Made by a program: the position numbers and the translations under genes
Notes under the pieces: generated by a model
Seen by the model: only the letters and a program-made list of their open reading frames with translations
Databases searched by the model: none
What the model was told of the DNA's origin: nothing
In this document: positions 12,726-25,453 of the stretch, one piece after another
Position numbering within the stretch: position 1 is the first letter of the stretch
Layout of the letters: every line of letters begins with the position of its first letter
From: Gekko japonicus
Taxonomy: Eukaryota
DNA length: 64,000 bases
Reading direction: 5' to 3'
NCBI RefSeq assembly: GCF_001447785.1
Contig: NW_015170275.1
Coordinates: 115,511-179,510, forward strand

Positions 12726-14542
12726 AAGAAATGATTTATTTTATCTTGTTTTATTTTGTGAGTGGCTTCAAGCAGGTTTCTGAAGAGGTGGCATATAGCT
12801 ATTTTAAATAAACAATTCTTTTATTCTGTGGGATATAATTTTGAAAAGTGGTAGAACTATCCACCCCCCCCCCGAGTCACACATCCACCCATGTACATTG
12901 TTACTATTTTGCCATCTTTTGAAAAAAGTTTTAAATGTTTCAAACTTATTAAAAGTCTGAGAGCTCCTTTGCAGTACTTTTCAAGTTATGGAGCACTCAT
13001 GCTGCCTTTTTAAAAGGTAAACAGTGTGATCCTAACCTCTGTGCATCCTTTGTAGTCCATCAAAGTCAATAAGCTTCCAAAAGTGTGCCTGCATTTAGAA
13101 CTTCACTGAAAAGTGCTGAACACCAGCAAGATCATCCTACTCCACAGTTATGCCCTACCATATTCTGCCTCTTTTTATTTCCTCTCCCCACCACTTTAAA
13201 CTTACTTGTTTGTTAGTGGTGCAGTTCATCATCTCTGGAGCAAACATGTATCTTGATTTGTGTTTTTTCCCTTGTGTGGCAGAACAGACTATCGACTTCA
13301 TCAAGGTTAGTCTTGACATTTATGCATGGGGCAGAACATTGTGCTCATGATAAGCACTGGTATAGCTCAGAGGATAAAATACAGATGTTTCCCCCCCTCT
13401 TTTGCAAATACAGAAAACTTCCTATGAGTAGAAGGTGCATATTACCTTTTTTCAGCTTTTAAAACTAGAATTCAAATTTCAGTTGCCACTGAAAAGATGG
13501 CAAGAGAGTTCAATGCTGGTAGATTCCATATAGATACATCAGAGGATCAACAGTGATGTTTTTTCTTCTGAAGGGAATGTCAGACTGACACAGTAGGAGG
13601 ATATACTGTCAATAAGAAAGCAGGAGGAATCACAAAACAGTGCAAGACAAAAAGAAGGTCAGAGTGTGTCTCTTATTGAAACCACTAAGCATTGCAAACC
13701 TTGTGTGTACTTGAGAACAAAATTTAATCCAATAATCTGTACAGCTATATTCATCTGGCTCTTCCATTTTCTGGCTCCAACTGAACATAACATTAATAGA
13801 TAAAAGAAATATAAAAAATTGAACAATGGACACATTTCCCTCCTTTATATATCACATTGAGTTTAAAATGTGCTAGATCTGAGGCACAATCCAGTCAAAG
13901 CCAATCACTTGTTCCCAGTTTATTTCAATGAGAGGTTTGTGTTCAAATACCTGGGAACTAAAGGTCTTTAAATGGACCGGATTTAAATAGACAGGATTGC
14001 AGATACTTTTCTGCAAAACACTGACTTGCACTTCTTTCTTTTATATATTGCTTTGTGTATCAAATTGAATGGATTAGTTGTGGTGGTAAGTTGGCCCAGC
14101 CTTAGGTAGTGATAGTACTACAGAGCACTTTCGCTGTGGCCTGGTCTGCACGCACAGCAAAGTGATATGATAGTATCTGTAATGTAAACATATATGCACA
14201 GCTTTTAAGTGAGCCCTCAAGAACTAGTTTTCTGTTTCCCCCCAAGGTTTGTACAGGAGGCACCTCACTTGTGTTTGGTGCTATGGTTGTAGTCTCTTGG
14301 GGTATGTGAGAGTTCTCCTTTGGCAAGTATCCTTTCTTTTCCAGCTAAGCACAACAATGATGTCTGTTGCTACCAAAGTCTTCTGTGAGTCTGCTACAAA
14401 GCAGACTGAAGGGGTGAATTGGAAGCAGAGTAGATAAACTCCCTCTACCAACCACGCCTCAAAGAATGCTAAGGTGTTCTGAGGTAATAAAGTGGACTGT
14501 ACCACTCCAGAGTGCAGGGGAATACCATTTATGAATACCTCA

Positions 14543-14711
14543 NNNNNNNNNNNNNNNNNNNNNNNNNNNNNNNNNNNNNNNNNNNNNNNNNNNNNNNNNN
14601 NNNNNNNNNNNNNNNNNNNNNNNNNNNNNNNNNNNNNNNNNNNNNNNNNNNNNNNNNNNNNNNNNNNNNNNNNNNNNNNNNNNNNNNNNNNNNNNNNNNN
14701 NNNNNNNNNNN
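14543..14711. other. Assembly gap (N run)
   Basis: Run of n. Confidence 0.99.
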
Positions 14712-15017
14712 CGAAAAGGTTTAGACCAGCCTGTACTGTGCTGGCTGTGCTAATATTCTACTTGCAAGATGCTGTGTGGGAACATTCACAGACATGACTC
14801 CCCATCTGTAGTCTTGAGTTTTAGAGACCGTTTTGCCATTTCTGAACTCTTGTTATGCTGCTGCAAGTGTCGACCAAGCCTCAGATTCCATGAGTCCAGA
14901 TTTAAAACTACATTGCAATATTTCACATTTTTTTTTTAAAAAAAGTAGGATCATCCTGTGTGTGAGTGGGTGGGGCTCTGGGTGAAGTCTGGCAGCCGAG
15001 CAATGTGGACCAACACT

Positions 15018-15227
15018 TAGGTTTGCCCATCTGCAGGCCTGGGCTGGAGTTCTCCTGGAATTACAGCTGATCTCCTGACTATAGTGATCAGTTTCCTCAG
15101 GAGAATGGAATCTTTGGAGGGTAGAGTCTATGGCCCCACATCCCTGCCAAGCTCCCTCCCCAAACTCCTTTGTCCCCGGCATCCACCTCAAGTTGCCCGG
15201 AATTTCCCTACCTGGAGTTGGCAGGTA
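15018..15227. mobile_element. hAT-type MITE (TAGGGTTGCCAA family), degenerate
   Basis: Internal similarity to the 2586 copy. Confidence 0.7.
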
Positions 15228-16270
15228 TGTTTTTACCATGTTTCAAGATCTCTACATGCATAATTCTGTGCTAAGCATGCTGTTAATAGTGCACTGTTCT
15301 GTTCTACAATTGGTAGTATTAAGAAACAAAGTACAAATATAAGCAGTGCTTCACATATTAACAAGAAATTACTTCAGATAAGTTACTTGCTTCAGAATGT
15401 GTTCATTAAAGTTTGAGGTACGTGAGCACAAAGCCTGCCAGCTTCTTCCTTGTCTTTGTCCATCCCTCTCTGTCAGTGGTTGTTTATCCACTGTGCAGCA
15501 GGCTATTTGGGTTTATACATATGAATGCAGAAAATAAAGCAGCCGAGAAAGCATACCTGGTAATGGAGACCAGATTCCCCGACTGACATGCAATTCCTTT
15601 TTTTATTAGGGCTTATAAAGGAACCTCTTGTGCCTGAGAATGGAAGGCAGATGGACAGCAAAAAACCCTTTCCACATTAATATAAAACAAGTAGATGAGT
15701 TCATAAAATGGCATGAAACCATTGCCTCTGCAAACAGCTCCCACCCATTGAGGCGTCACTGTCAGTTCGCGGAACTAAAGCCTTCCCATTCCTATAAGTG
15801 CCCCTTATGAGAAAGGGAAAGGAATCTATTTCTAGGCATTCATATGCCAGTCAAGTCCAATTCCCAAATGGAAGGATCGAATGCTTCCAATTGCTGTGCC
15901 ACCAAATGGAGTAACTAAGATTGATTTAGCCAATTGAAATATCTGGCAATGATGTGATATTGATGAATAGGAAGGGAAAGGCATGGAAAAAATCTGACAG
16001 GGCTCATGTCCTATGCTGGACTTGAAACATGCACAGTGAATTACATGAGTTCATTAACTGGATCAGTAGTGACTTAGGCCAACTAAAGGCATGCCCTTTT
16101 CACAGTAGGGCTGTGTATGAGGGGCAGGTGATGGTAATACTGTCTTCAGGTCCAGGTCCCTTCAGAGGGGGGAAAAGCTTGAAATCTAATGTCTTTACCA
16201 GCTGTTTTGGGGCCCACATCTGATCCCTGTTCCATCTGCCATGCATGGTCCTGCTACTTCTTTTCAAATG

Positions 16271-16926
16271 TAGAGTTCCCAACCTCCAGGTGGGGGCTGG
16301 AGACCTCCTGGAATTACAACTGAACTCCAGANNNNNNNNNNNNNNNNNNNNNNNNNNNNNNNNNNNNNNNNNNNNNNNNNNNNNNNNNNNNNNNNNNNNN
16401 NNNNNNNNNNNNNNNNNNNNNNNNNNNNNNNNNNNNNNNNNNNNNNNNNNNNNNNNNNNNNNNNNNNNNNNNNNNNNNNNNNNNNNNNNNNNNNNNNNNN
16501 NNNNNNNNNNNNNNNNNNNNNNNNNNNNCTAATCGATCTATCGTCTATCTATCTATCATCTATCCAGGGCTTTTTTTCTGGGGGAACATGCTGGAACGGA
16601 GTTCCAGAACCTCTTTGACAAAAATTCTTTTAAAAATGTTTAAAAGTTTGTGAGTTTTCAGTATACACATTGAAAACTTTATTTTCCTCTTGAGAGTTCC
16701 AGCACCTCTTTTTTTTAAAGCCATCTATCTGTCCGTCCGTCCGTCCGTCCATCCATCCATCATTTAAAACATTTATTCCACTTGTCCTGGAGAAAATGGC
16801 TGCTTTGGAAGGTGGATTGCATGATGTTGTACCCTACCAAAGTTCCCTCCCCTCCCAAAACCGCACTCTCCCCAGGCTCCACCCTCAAATCTACAGGTAT
16901 TTCTGAATCCAGGGCTGGCAACCCTA
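16271..16926. mobile_element. hAT-type MITE split by a gap, a microsatellite and a second CAGGGCTTTTTTTC-type element (about 16565-16720)
   Basis: Left terminus tagagttcccaac; right terminus tggcaacccta; flanking (ATCT)/(GTCC) repeats. Confidence 0.65.
16332..16528. other. Assembly gap (N run)
   Basis: Run of n. Confidence 0.99.
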
Positions 16927-19330
16927 CTCTTCTCCATTGTTCCTTGGGTACCAGAGAGTTGCTGCTGTTTCCGTTGTCTTTTCAGTGCCACCATGCTAAA
17001 CATGTGAGATTTAATAGAAACGATAGTAGGTTGGAATATGTGGTGCTAGAAGTAACACAATAAAACCTTACTTTGGTGGTGATGGGAACAGAAAGGGTTT
17101 TTAAAAAACAGATGAGAAGATACAGAGCCCAACATACCTGAGCAATATATGATCAGAAACAGCTGACATTTGGTGATGGGTAGTTTTTAAAGAAGGTAGT
17201 GTGATACAGCCACCAGTACCTGCAATATTCATACTGATTTCTTTTTGTTCTGCTGCCATTTCTGGCTAAAGGGATTACCTGCTACACTTATAAAGAGGGA
17301 TAATAGCGGATGGGTGCACACTACAATGTTTGTATCTTATCAGCTGTCTTGAAAATAAAAAACAAACAAACAGAACTACCACCGGTCTCACTAGCTTTAC
17401 TTATTAGCTTCCAGGAAACCCTGTATTCCTTCCATTTACATCTGTGCTGAAAGGGGGTGTGTGCTTCTTGATGCTGCTGGAAATGTATATGCATTATTTT
17501 TGGTAGAATGCAATGAAGTGTTCAAAAGCATTCCCGACTCTTTAGTGAGGACTGTTGGTGACTCTGTTGGCTGGGATCACTATTGTATGACCAGAAGCAT
17601 TGTGCTATTTTCCCCCTGATCAGTTTCATTCTCCCCCAAAGCTTTCTTTCAGATTTCTGTAATTCTAGTCCTGTTACATTGTCCATTTGATGTCTCATCC
17701 TGTTGATTCCATACACTGTGTGATCCGCCTTGAATCTCAGTGAGAAATGCTGGGTATAAATGTAGTAAGTAAAATTAAACCAATCAGTGACACTGTGACC
17801 TAGCTAAATCTGAGTGGCTACAGAAGCCCATGACTTCATCCCATTCACAATTGGCTAGGATCACACAGAAAGATACATTATTTCTTCCCCCAGTCTCACC
17901 TAAAAGGGTCCTGTATGTTTCGTATAGTTTATTGTTTTACAATTGCTACAATCTCCTTTTTACATAAGCCTAATTTAGGAGCAGGGATCCTGTGCCGTTC
18001 ATTTATAAGAGGACTTTTGTTTTGTTTTTTGCTTTTCTTTTAGCAGTGAGTTTGACACTTGGCCGTGTGCAGGTATTTTTCTTTCATTAGAACTTCTGAG
18101 CTATTCTCTTTTTACCTTCATGGTCCCTTTTAAATTCAACAAGGAGCCATGCTACTATAACAGCACCCGGTACTTCTAAGAGTATGTTGCTGCAATGTGC
18201 AGTGTTTTGACCTCCTTGCATGTCAATGGAAAGATGACTGTGATTATAAGGATCAGAGATTAAACATTTCTGTTTGTCCCTCATGTTGTTATGACACTGT
18301 CTGATCTACCTGGGATGTCTGCACTGAAAGGCTGGAAATGATTTCTCACATGTGCACTGGCAGACCATATTGTAGACTACTTAACAGTTCTGAAGCTACT
18401 GTTCTGATTTCAGATCATGTCCCTGTATTTGGAAGGTCACTCCCTAGAAAAACAGTTCCTTTTGATTTCCTTCCTGTCCTAGAACTGCCCAAACAGGTTG
18501 TAAAATACTAATAATTTTTTTTTATCCTTTCATGCACGATAACTCCATGCAGTAGCTCGGCTGAGAGTGACTCGCCCAAGGGCACCCAGTGAGTTCATGA
18601 ATACACAGGGATTTACTGTAAACAAAGATCTTCTAGCCACTGTTCCATAGTAGTTTGGCATACTGTTATTCCTTTCCTACATGTGTCCATCACAAGAATG
18701 ATATATGTGTCATCTTTCTCAATAGGCAAATATACTTAGGGTGGCCAACTTTCAGTAAGAGTTTTTAAAGCTCATCTCCCTTAACTCTTGTTTTTTATTT
18801 GCATCTTCTATTATTACTGTTATTGCAGAATTTGCTAGCACAATTCTTTTCCCAGTAGATTGTGGGCAACATATTCCAGAATTAAAAAGTTGTATGGGGA
18901 AACTCATCACTCCCACAACGGAGAATAATATAGTCTCCTTGTTATGTTAAGCTAATTTAACACTGTTAGCATGTGAGAATGGTGTTGTCTCTGCTTAAGC
19001 CCCAATTATGCAATTACAGTGATCAATAAATTCTAATTCAGAAGTGATTAATGATACAAAAAATTGATCTTTAAGGTGCCATGAATGTAATCTTTAAGGT
19101 GCAACAGTAAGTGGAGTAATTGTAACACTATGGAGCTATGATACCTTTCAATGAATTAATATATATTATATTAAAGAAATTACAAAGCAAAGGAAATTAC
19201 TCAGAAAAGAAAATCAAAGGGAGCTAAATTATTTTGCATAAACTCATCTGGTGTTGTTGTGGGGGGGATATTGTACTTTGACTGGGGGACAAAATACTTT
19301 GAACTCACCTTACATATACCTCACATTCAA

Positions 19331-19929
19331 ATAAGAGAACATAAGAACATAAGAGAAGCCAATGTTGGATCAGGCCAATGGCCCATCCAGTCCAACACTT
19401 TGTCACACAGTAGCCAAAAATACCAGGTGCCATCAGGAGGTCCACTAGTGGGGTCAGGACACTAGAAGCCCTCCCACTGTTGCCCCCCCCCCAAGCACCA
19501 AGAATTCAGTCCATCAGTTGCCCCAGACTGAGAGTTCTAATGGCTAATAGCCACTGATGGACCTCTGCTCCATATGTTTATTTAATTCCCTCTTGAAGCT
19601 GTCCATGCTTGTAACTGCCACCACCTCCTGTGGCAGTGAATTCCATGTGTTAATCCCTCTTTGGGTGAAGACGTACCGTACTTCCTTTTATCTGTTCTAA
19701 CTTGACTGCTCAGCAATTTCATTGAGTGCCCATGAGTTCTTGTATTGTGAGAAAGGGAGAAAAGTACTTCTTTCTCTACCTGCTCTATCCCATGCATAAT
19801 CTTGTAAACCTCGATCGTGTCACCCCTCAGCCATTGTTTCTCCAAGCTAAAGAGTCTTAAGCACTTTAACCTTTCTTCATAGGGAAAGTGTTCCAACCCT
19901 TTTATCATTTTAGTTGCCCTTTTCTGCAA
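19331..19929 (-). mobile_element. CR1 LINE 3' fragment
   Basis: ORF QKRATKMIKGLEHFPYEERLKCLRLFSLEKQWLRGDTIEVYKIMHG...; (ataagaac)n tail. Confidence 0.93.
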
Positions 19930-19979
19930 ATAATTAATGATAGCTGAACTCAGAGTTCATCTATAAACTCTGCTGTATT

Positions 19980-20389
19980 CAGGGGTCATTTCGTAGAAAA
20001 AGAGGTGCAGGAGCTTATTAGCATAACTCATTAGCATAAAATATTTGCATATGCCACACCCCCTGACATCACCGGAAGTGTGTCAGAAGGCAACACCCAC
20101 CGCTCAGGCTCCACTGGACTGTTTTTGATTGCTAGGTATTGGGGGGGGGGAAACGTGCAGATCTGTCCTCACAGAGGAAGGAGAGCTTGTATCTGAATAA
20201 AACTTGGTCTTAAAGGTGCCCCTGGACTGTTTTGGATGGGAGGGGGGAGCTCTGCAACTTACCTGGCTGCTTCTTGCTCTGACTGAGGGCTGCTGGAAGC
20301 AGGGGGTGGGGCTTGTTGATGTGCCCACCCCCTGGGCTCTTTACTGCCGGAGCTCCGCTCCTGTGCGCTCCTGCAGGAAATGACCCCTG
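19980..20389. mobile_element. hAT-type non-autonomous element (CAGGGGTCATTT TIR)
   Basis: Perfect 8-bp TSD gctgtatt; first about 100 bp shared with the 29193 copy. Confidence 0.9.
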
Positions 20390-20984
20390 GCTGTATTTTA
20401 TTTATTTATTTATAGCCCACCTTGAGTCTCAGTGAGTAAGATGGACAATAATGTTAATAAATGGATAAATACATTTTGTACAGGCAACGTGTGCCTCCTA
20501 AATTCTGAAACATGTTAGAATAGCAATGCTGAAAATAAGAGATCATAGGAGCCAGTTTATAATCTTCATCATGCAGGCTGAGAACTGAAAAACAGCCTCT
20601 TTACAGAGGTTTGTAAACATCAAGGGAATGTGAAGTACTAGATGTCATGTCTCCTGATCTGGGGAGTTTCCACCTCAGCATTAGCACCTGCAAGAATCAC
20701 ATCGTGATCTGCTTCCAGCCAGGGGCACGAAGATCTGCTGCCACGATTGCAACAGCAGTAGCAGGTGAAACAGGAAAAGGCAAGAATGCCGTCCACCTAC
20801 CCCATCCTCCTACCATTTGCTCTCCTGCCACATCACCCCCATTTGCTCTTTCCTATCATGCCTGCATGCCTGCCTACAAGCCCCCCCCCATCTGATCTTT
20901 AAAGGCTATATGCAACAGTAAAAAACTATCAACATCTCTATAAGGGCAGAAAATGGTCAGGAAATAGAGTGCTTAGATGAAGAT

Positions 20985-21180
20985 GGGTAGCTGTGTTATT
21001 CTGTCTGTAGCAGGAGAAAAGAGCAAGAGTCTAGTAACACCTTAAAGACTAACAAAATTTGTGGCAGGGTATGAGCTTTCGTGGGTCACTGTTCTGAAGA
21101 AGTGAGGAGTGACTCATGAAAGCTCATCCCCTGCCACATAGTCTTTAAGGTGCTACTGGACTCTTGCTCTTTTCTACTGC
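20985..21180. mobile_element. Penelope-like terminal-repeat fragments in inverted arrangement
   Basis: gagtctagtaacaccttaaagactaacaaaa / ctgaagaagtgag..gaaagctcat..tctttaaggtgctactggactc palindromic arrangement. Confidence 0.7.
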
Positions 21181-21699
21181 AGTGCTTAGGTTTGCCTCCT
21201 CTTCATAGTAGCTATGGAGAGCATCCAGATGGATGCTCCACTGGCAGCTACCCTTCTGTTTTCCCTTAATTTCTGAGAAAATTAGGGTTTTTTTCTGACA
21301 TAAAGAAAAAATGGGAGCCAGACAAGTCGTGGCCAGATTGGACACAATTTAATTTGGATGTTCCACTTTACTCCAGGAGCAACTTCCTGCCAATGTGGGG
21401 AAAGCTCCATGTGTAGAAGCAAGGCATGGTATTATATGTTAACTGCAAAAATAGAAAACCATAATGGGTGAGAGTTCTTTGCCACTTCCCCTACATGATA
21501 AAACGCAATGAGTTGGATCCACACTAAGTTTTCTACTCACACGAGGCACTTTTGTCTGTGGAACAGCCTCTTTCTGCCTCCCTCCCTTCTGACTGCTGCC
21601 CAATGATCCCCCCCAAATTGCTGCTCTTGGGAGACAGGGGACCCTTTGGAGTAGCGTAAGAGGCAAAACGGGGAACGAACTCCTAAAAGAAGAGATATG

Positions 21700-24180
21700 G
21701 GTGGGAATACTGGGCCCTAAGGGTTACTTAAAAGTGGGGTTATACTACCACCCACCAGATCAAAGCCCTGAGCCTGATCTTGAGATGGAGAAAGAAATAA
21801 GGGAGGTGACTAAAGCAGATAATGTTCTGATACTGGGAGACTTCAACTAATCTCACATTGACTAAAAGCATCAAGCCAAACAAGAAACACCTTTAAAATA
21901 TATCTGGAGCAGGAAATCAGCCAGAGAAGCAGTTGGGTTTTTGTACAACCAAGGAATGAAGGGAGATAAGGAGATGGGAGAGAAGCTCAATGCATTTTTT
22001 GCTTCTGTGCTCACTATGGAAAGTGTGTGGCATGTACCCATGCCACTATTTTCGGGAAGGGGGTCTGAAGAACTGAGTCAAATTGAGGTGATGAGAGATG
22101 AAGTTCTAGATCTACTGGGGAAATTAAAAAATTATAAGCCTCCAGGTCCTGGGGCATACGAGAATTCTCAGGCAACTCAAGTGTGAGATTGTTGATCTAC
22201 TAACCCTGTATATGTAACTTATCACTAAATTCAGCTGCTGTATCAGAAGACTGGAGAGTAGCAAATGTTAGACTGATCTTTAAAAATGGGTCCAGAGGGG
22301 AACCAGGATATTACAAAACATTTAGTCTAACATTTGTCCCAGGAAAAATAATAGAAGTTATAATCAAATGGAACAAAGCCTGCTGAGGGGAAATCAGTAT
22401 GGCCTCTGGAAAAGGAAGTCCTGCTTTACTGAACTTTTGGAGTTCTTTGAGAAAGTAAAGAAGCACATAGACAGGTGACATTATGTACTTGGACTTTCAA
22501 AGGCTTTGACAAGGTACCTCTCCAAAGACTCCTGAGTAAACTTAGCAGTCATGGGATAAGAGGACGGGTTCTCTTATGGATTAAAAACTGGTTAAATGAC
22601 AGGAGGCAAAGAGCAGGAAAAATAGGCAGTTCTCACAATGGAGGAAAGCTATCAGTGAAGTCCCACAAGGATTGGTATTGAGGCTGGTACTATTTAATTT
22701 GCTCATAAATTATCTGGAACTAGGGGCCAAGTTTGCAGATGACACAAAATTATTCAGGACAGTGAAAACCAAAGATGACTGTGAAGAGCTCCAGGACAAT
22801 CTCCACAAATTGGGTGAGTGGGCAACAATGTGGCAGATGAAGTTCAGTGTTGGTAAGTGTAAGGTGATGCACATTGGGACAAACCCTCCCCCCATATAGG
22901 CTTATAGACTAATGGGGTCTGAACTTGCAGTGACTGAGAAGGGAAAAGATCTTGGGATCACAGTGGATAGCTCAGTGTCAACCCAGTGTGCTGCAGTGGA
23001 AAAAAGGCAAACTCTATGCTGGGGATTATTAGGGAAGGGGCTGAAAATAAAACAGCCAATCTTTGCCCCTGTATAGATCTATGGTGTGGCCTCATTTGGA
23101 ATACTGTTTGCAGTACATGTTACCATATTTCAAAAAGCACATTGCAGGGCTGGAAAAAGTACAGAAGAGGGCAACAAAGGCCCCAGTCACACGAGCAGGA
23201 AAATCCGCACTGGAAGGCATTTTAGAGGCGGAGCTAAAAGAAGCGTGGGAGCGCACTCTTACGGTCCCCCACAGCTCTGTCCTCAGGCTGTCGGCAGCCG
23301 ATCACACCAGGGAGGCAACAGCATAGTCCCAGCAAGGCAACACGGCAGTACTGCGTCACTGCGCATGCGTGGGTCGCGGACGGCTGCTGGATGCCACAGG
23401 CTACTGGCGCGTCTCCGATCAGATGCCCGCCCATGCTGTGCATTTACCAGAAGCTACTACCTTTTCCCCAGTGCCTTTTAAATCCACTTCTTCGGGCCGA
23501 CGGTACGGGTTGGAGACAGGTGCGCTACGCTTCCCAGATGTTGTGGTATGATCATGCCCGTTTGATGCACCCTCAATCCATCCCTTTCGCAGGGCAAATC
23601 CTCCATGTGACCAGGACCAAAGATGATTAGGGGGCTGGAGCAGCTTCCCTATGAGAAAAGGCTGAAGAGTCTGGGACTTTTCAGTTATTAAAAGATATGA
23701 CTGGCGGGTGGGGCATGACAGAGGTTTATAAAATTATCCATGGGGCAGAGAGAGTTGACTGAGAGTACTAGTTCTCCTTCTCCCAGAATACTAGAACTAA
23801 AGGGCATCCAGTGAAGCTGATGGACAGTACATTCAGGGTGGATAAAAAATTACTTTGTTACATAGCGAGTGATTAAAATGTGGAATTTGCTGCAAGAGGA
23901 TGTAGTGATGCTCAGGCGTAGACAGCTTTAAAAGGGGAACAGATAGACTCAGAGAGGGTCAGTCTATCTGTGGCTACTAGCCATGATGACTAAAAGGAAC
24001 CCTCATATTCAGCAGCAATAAATCGCTGAACAGCAGTGCCAGGTGACTACATCAGGGCAAGGCCTTAGCCTCTATGCCCTGTTGTTGGCCCTCCAGAGGA
24101 ACTGTTTGGCCACTGTGTGAGACAGGATGCTGGATTAAATGGACCACTGGTCTGATCAAGCAGGGCTTTTCTTATGTTGT
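21700..24180 (+). mobile_element. CR1 LINE (endonuclease remnant, RT, 3' UTR), internally deleted
   Basis: ILGDFN-like and FDKVP remnants; KFADDTKL; MKFSVGKCKVMHIG; 3' tail ttcttatgtt. Confidence 0.92.
23179..23618. mobile_element. PIF/Harbinger-like non-autonomous element nested in CR1
   Basis: Termini GGCCCCAGTCACACG...ATGTGACCAGGACC; 3-bp flank duplication aaa; right half resembles the 58248 and 62298 elements; interrupts the CR1 frame at KRAT/KMI. Confidence 0.7.
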
Positions 24181-25453
24181 TATGCAGCAGAAAGAGGGAA
24201 TTGGTGGAAATTACCCTACAATTTCTGTTAGTGGAAAATTTAGTCTCGATCCAACCCAATGTTTCACCTCATCCATGGATATGTTAGTGATTCACAGTAG
24301 GACATCAGAAGGTAGGATCTTTTCTATTTGGAGCAATCCATTGGGAAATACCTTATTGTGTTGCAATGCTTCTGTTAGTATAATCTTTTCTATAAAATGG
24401 AAGCAGTTCCATCGTAACAACCACCAATAATGCCTCCTCAAGTAAATGCGATATGCATGAGTCGTGCTCTGCTTTTGCACAGCTTCCATTAACTTTAATC
24501 AGGGGCATGTGGGAGAAATTTTTGGTAAATGGAGCCCACAACGAGAATGTAGATCAGCCGCTACTGCTGTTATCATGAGTCATTAGATATATAGTATGCT
24601 ATTTATACACTGAATTCAATACAGGAAGATATTGGTTTGAACTTGATACAGCAGAATAATAATTTGGGGGGTTATTAAAGCACTCAAGGAAATTGGATAA
24701 CCACAAAACAGTGTCATATAATGACTACATTTTTTAGGTCCTACAAGTTTGAGTCATTGTTTGTATTTAGTGAGTGCTCCAAATTGCTATCAGTAACTAG
24801 TAATATGTACTGAAGGAATTTAAGGCAAAACCAAACCAAGGTGAAGCACCTTAAAGTCCCTTGTTCGCAATATGGATAATGCTTCCAAAAATGATCCTTA
24901 ATAAGGAAGACTTTTTACTTTTTACGAGGCACAATATTCTGTGAAGCAGAATGATATCCTAACACTGCCACACAGAATTATACTATAGCAAGATAAAAAT
25001 AAGCCTTCCGTTAAAAAGATATTTTTGATCTGTAGTGATTTGGAGGGTTTGTTCGTCACAGACATTATTCCTTTTCATTAGCTTATTCTAATCATGTCAT
25101 CCTTTTCTCACAGCCACCTTTTCTACATAATGTGGTTTGGTTATTGGCCGGCTATATTCACACTCCATAAATGCAAACTGTCATCGCTGTTGCTATGTTG
25201 CCACTTAGGGAGTTTTAACTTCCTCTGAAGCCCAAATCTGGGTTCTGCCTTTAATACAATGTCCTATGCCTTTGTTCTTAACATTGTCACTTTTATTCTT
25301 GTCCAGGATCTAGTGTGGAAAAGGATGAGATTCCATATCTGCCTTCTCTAAATTCTACAGACTATTATCTAATAGCTTCCTTGTGGCTAGAATGCAGTCC
25401 AACAATCCCACCCCCAAAAGCATGCACTTTGGAGACTGAATGAGGTAGAAATA

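Noticed and set aside
14281-14400. TDIIVVL/AG motif resembling LDH/MDH
   Set aside because: Needs a frameshift and no other dehydrogenase motifs are nearby.
14492-16532. ORFs containing X runs
   Set aside because: Artefacts of assembly N gaps.
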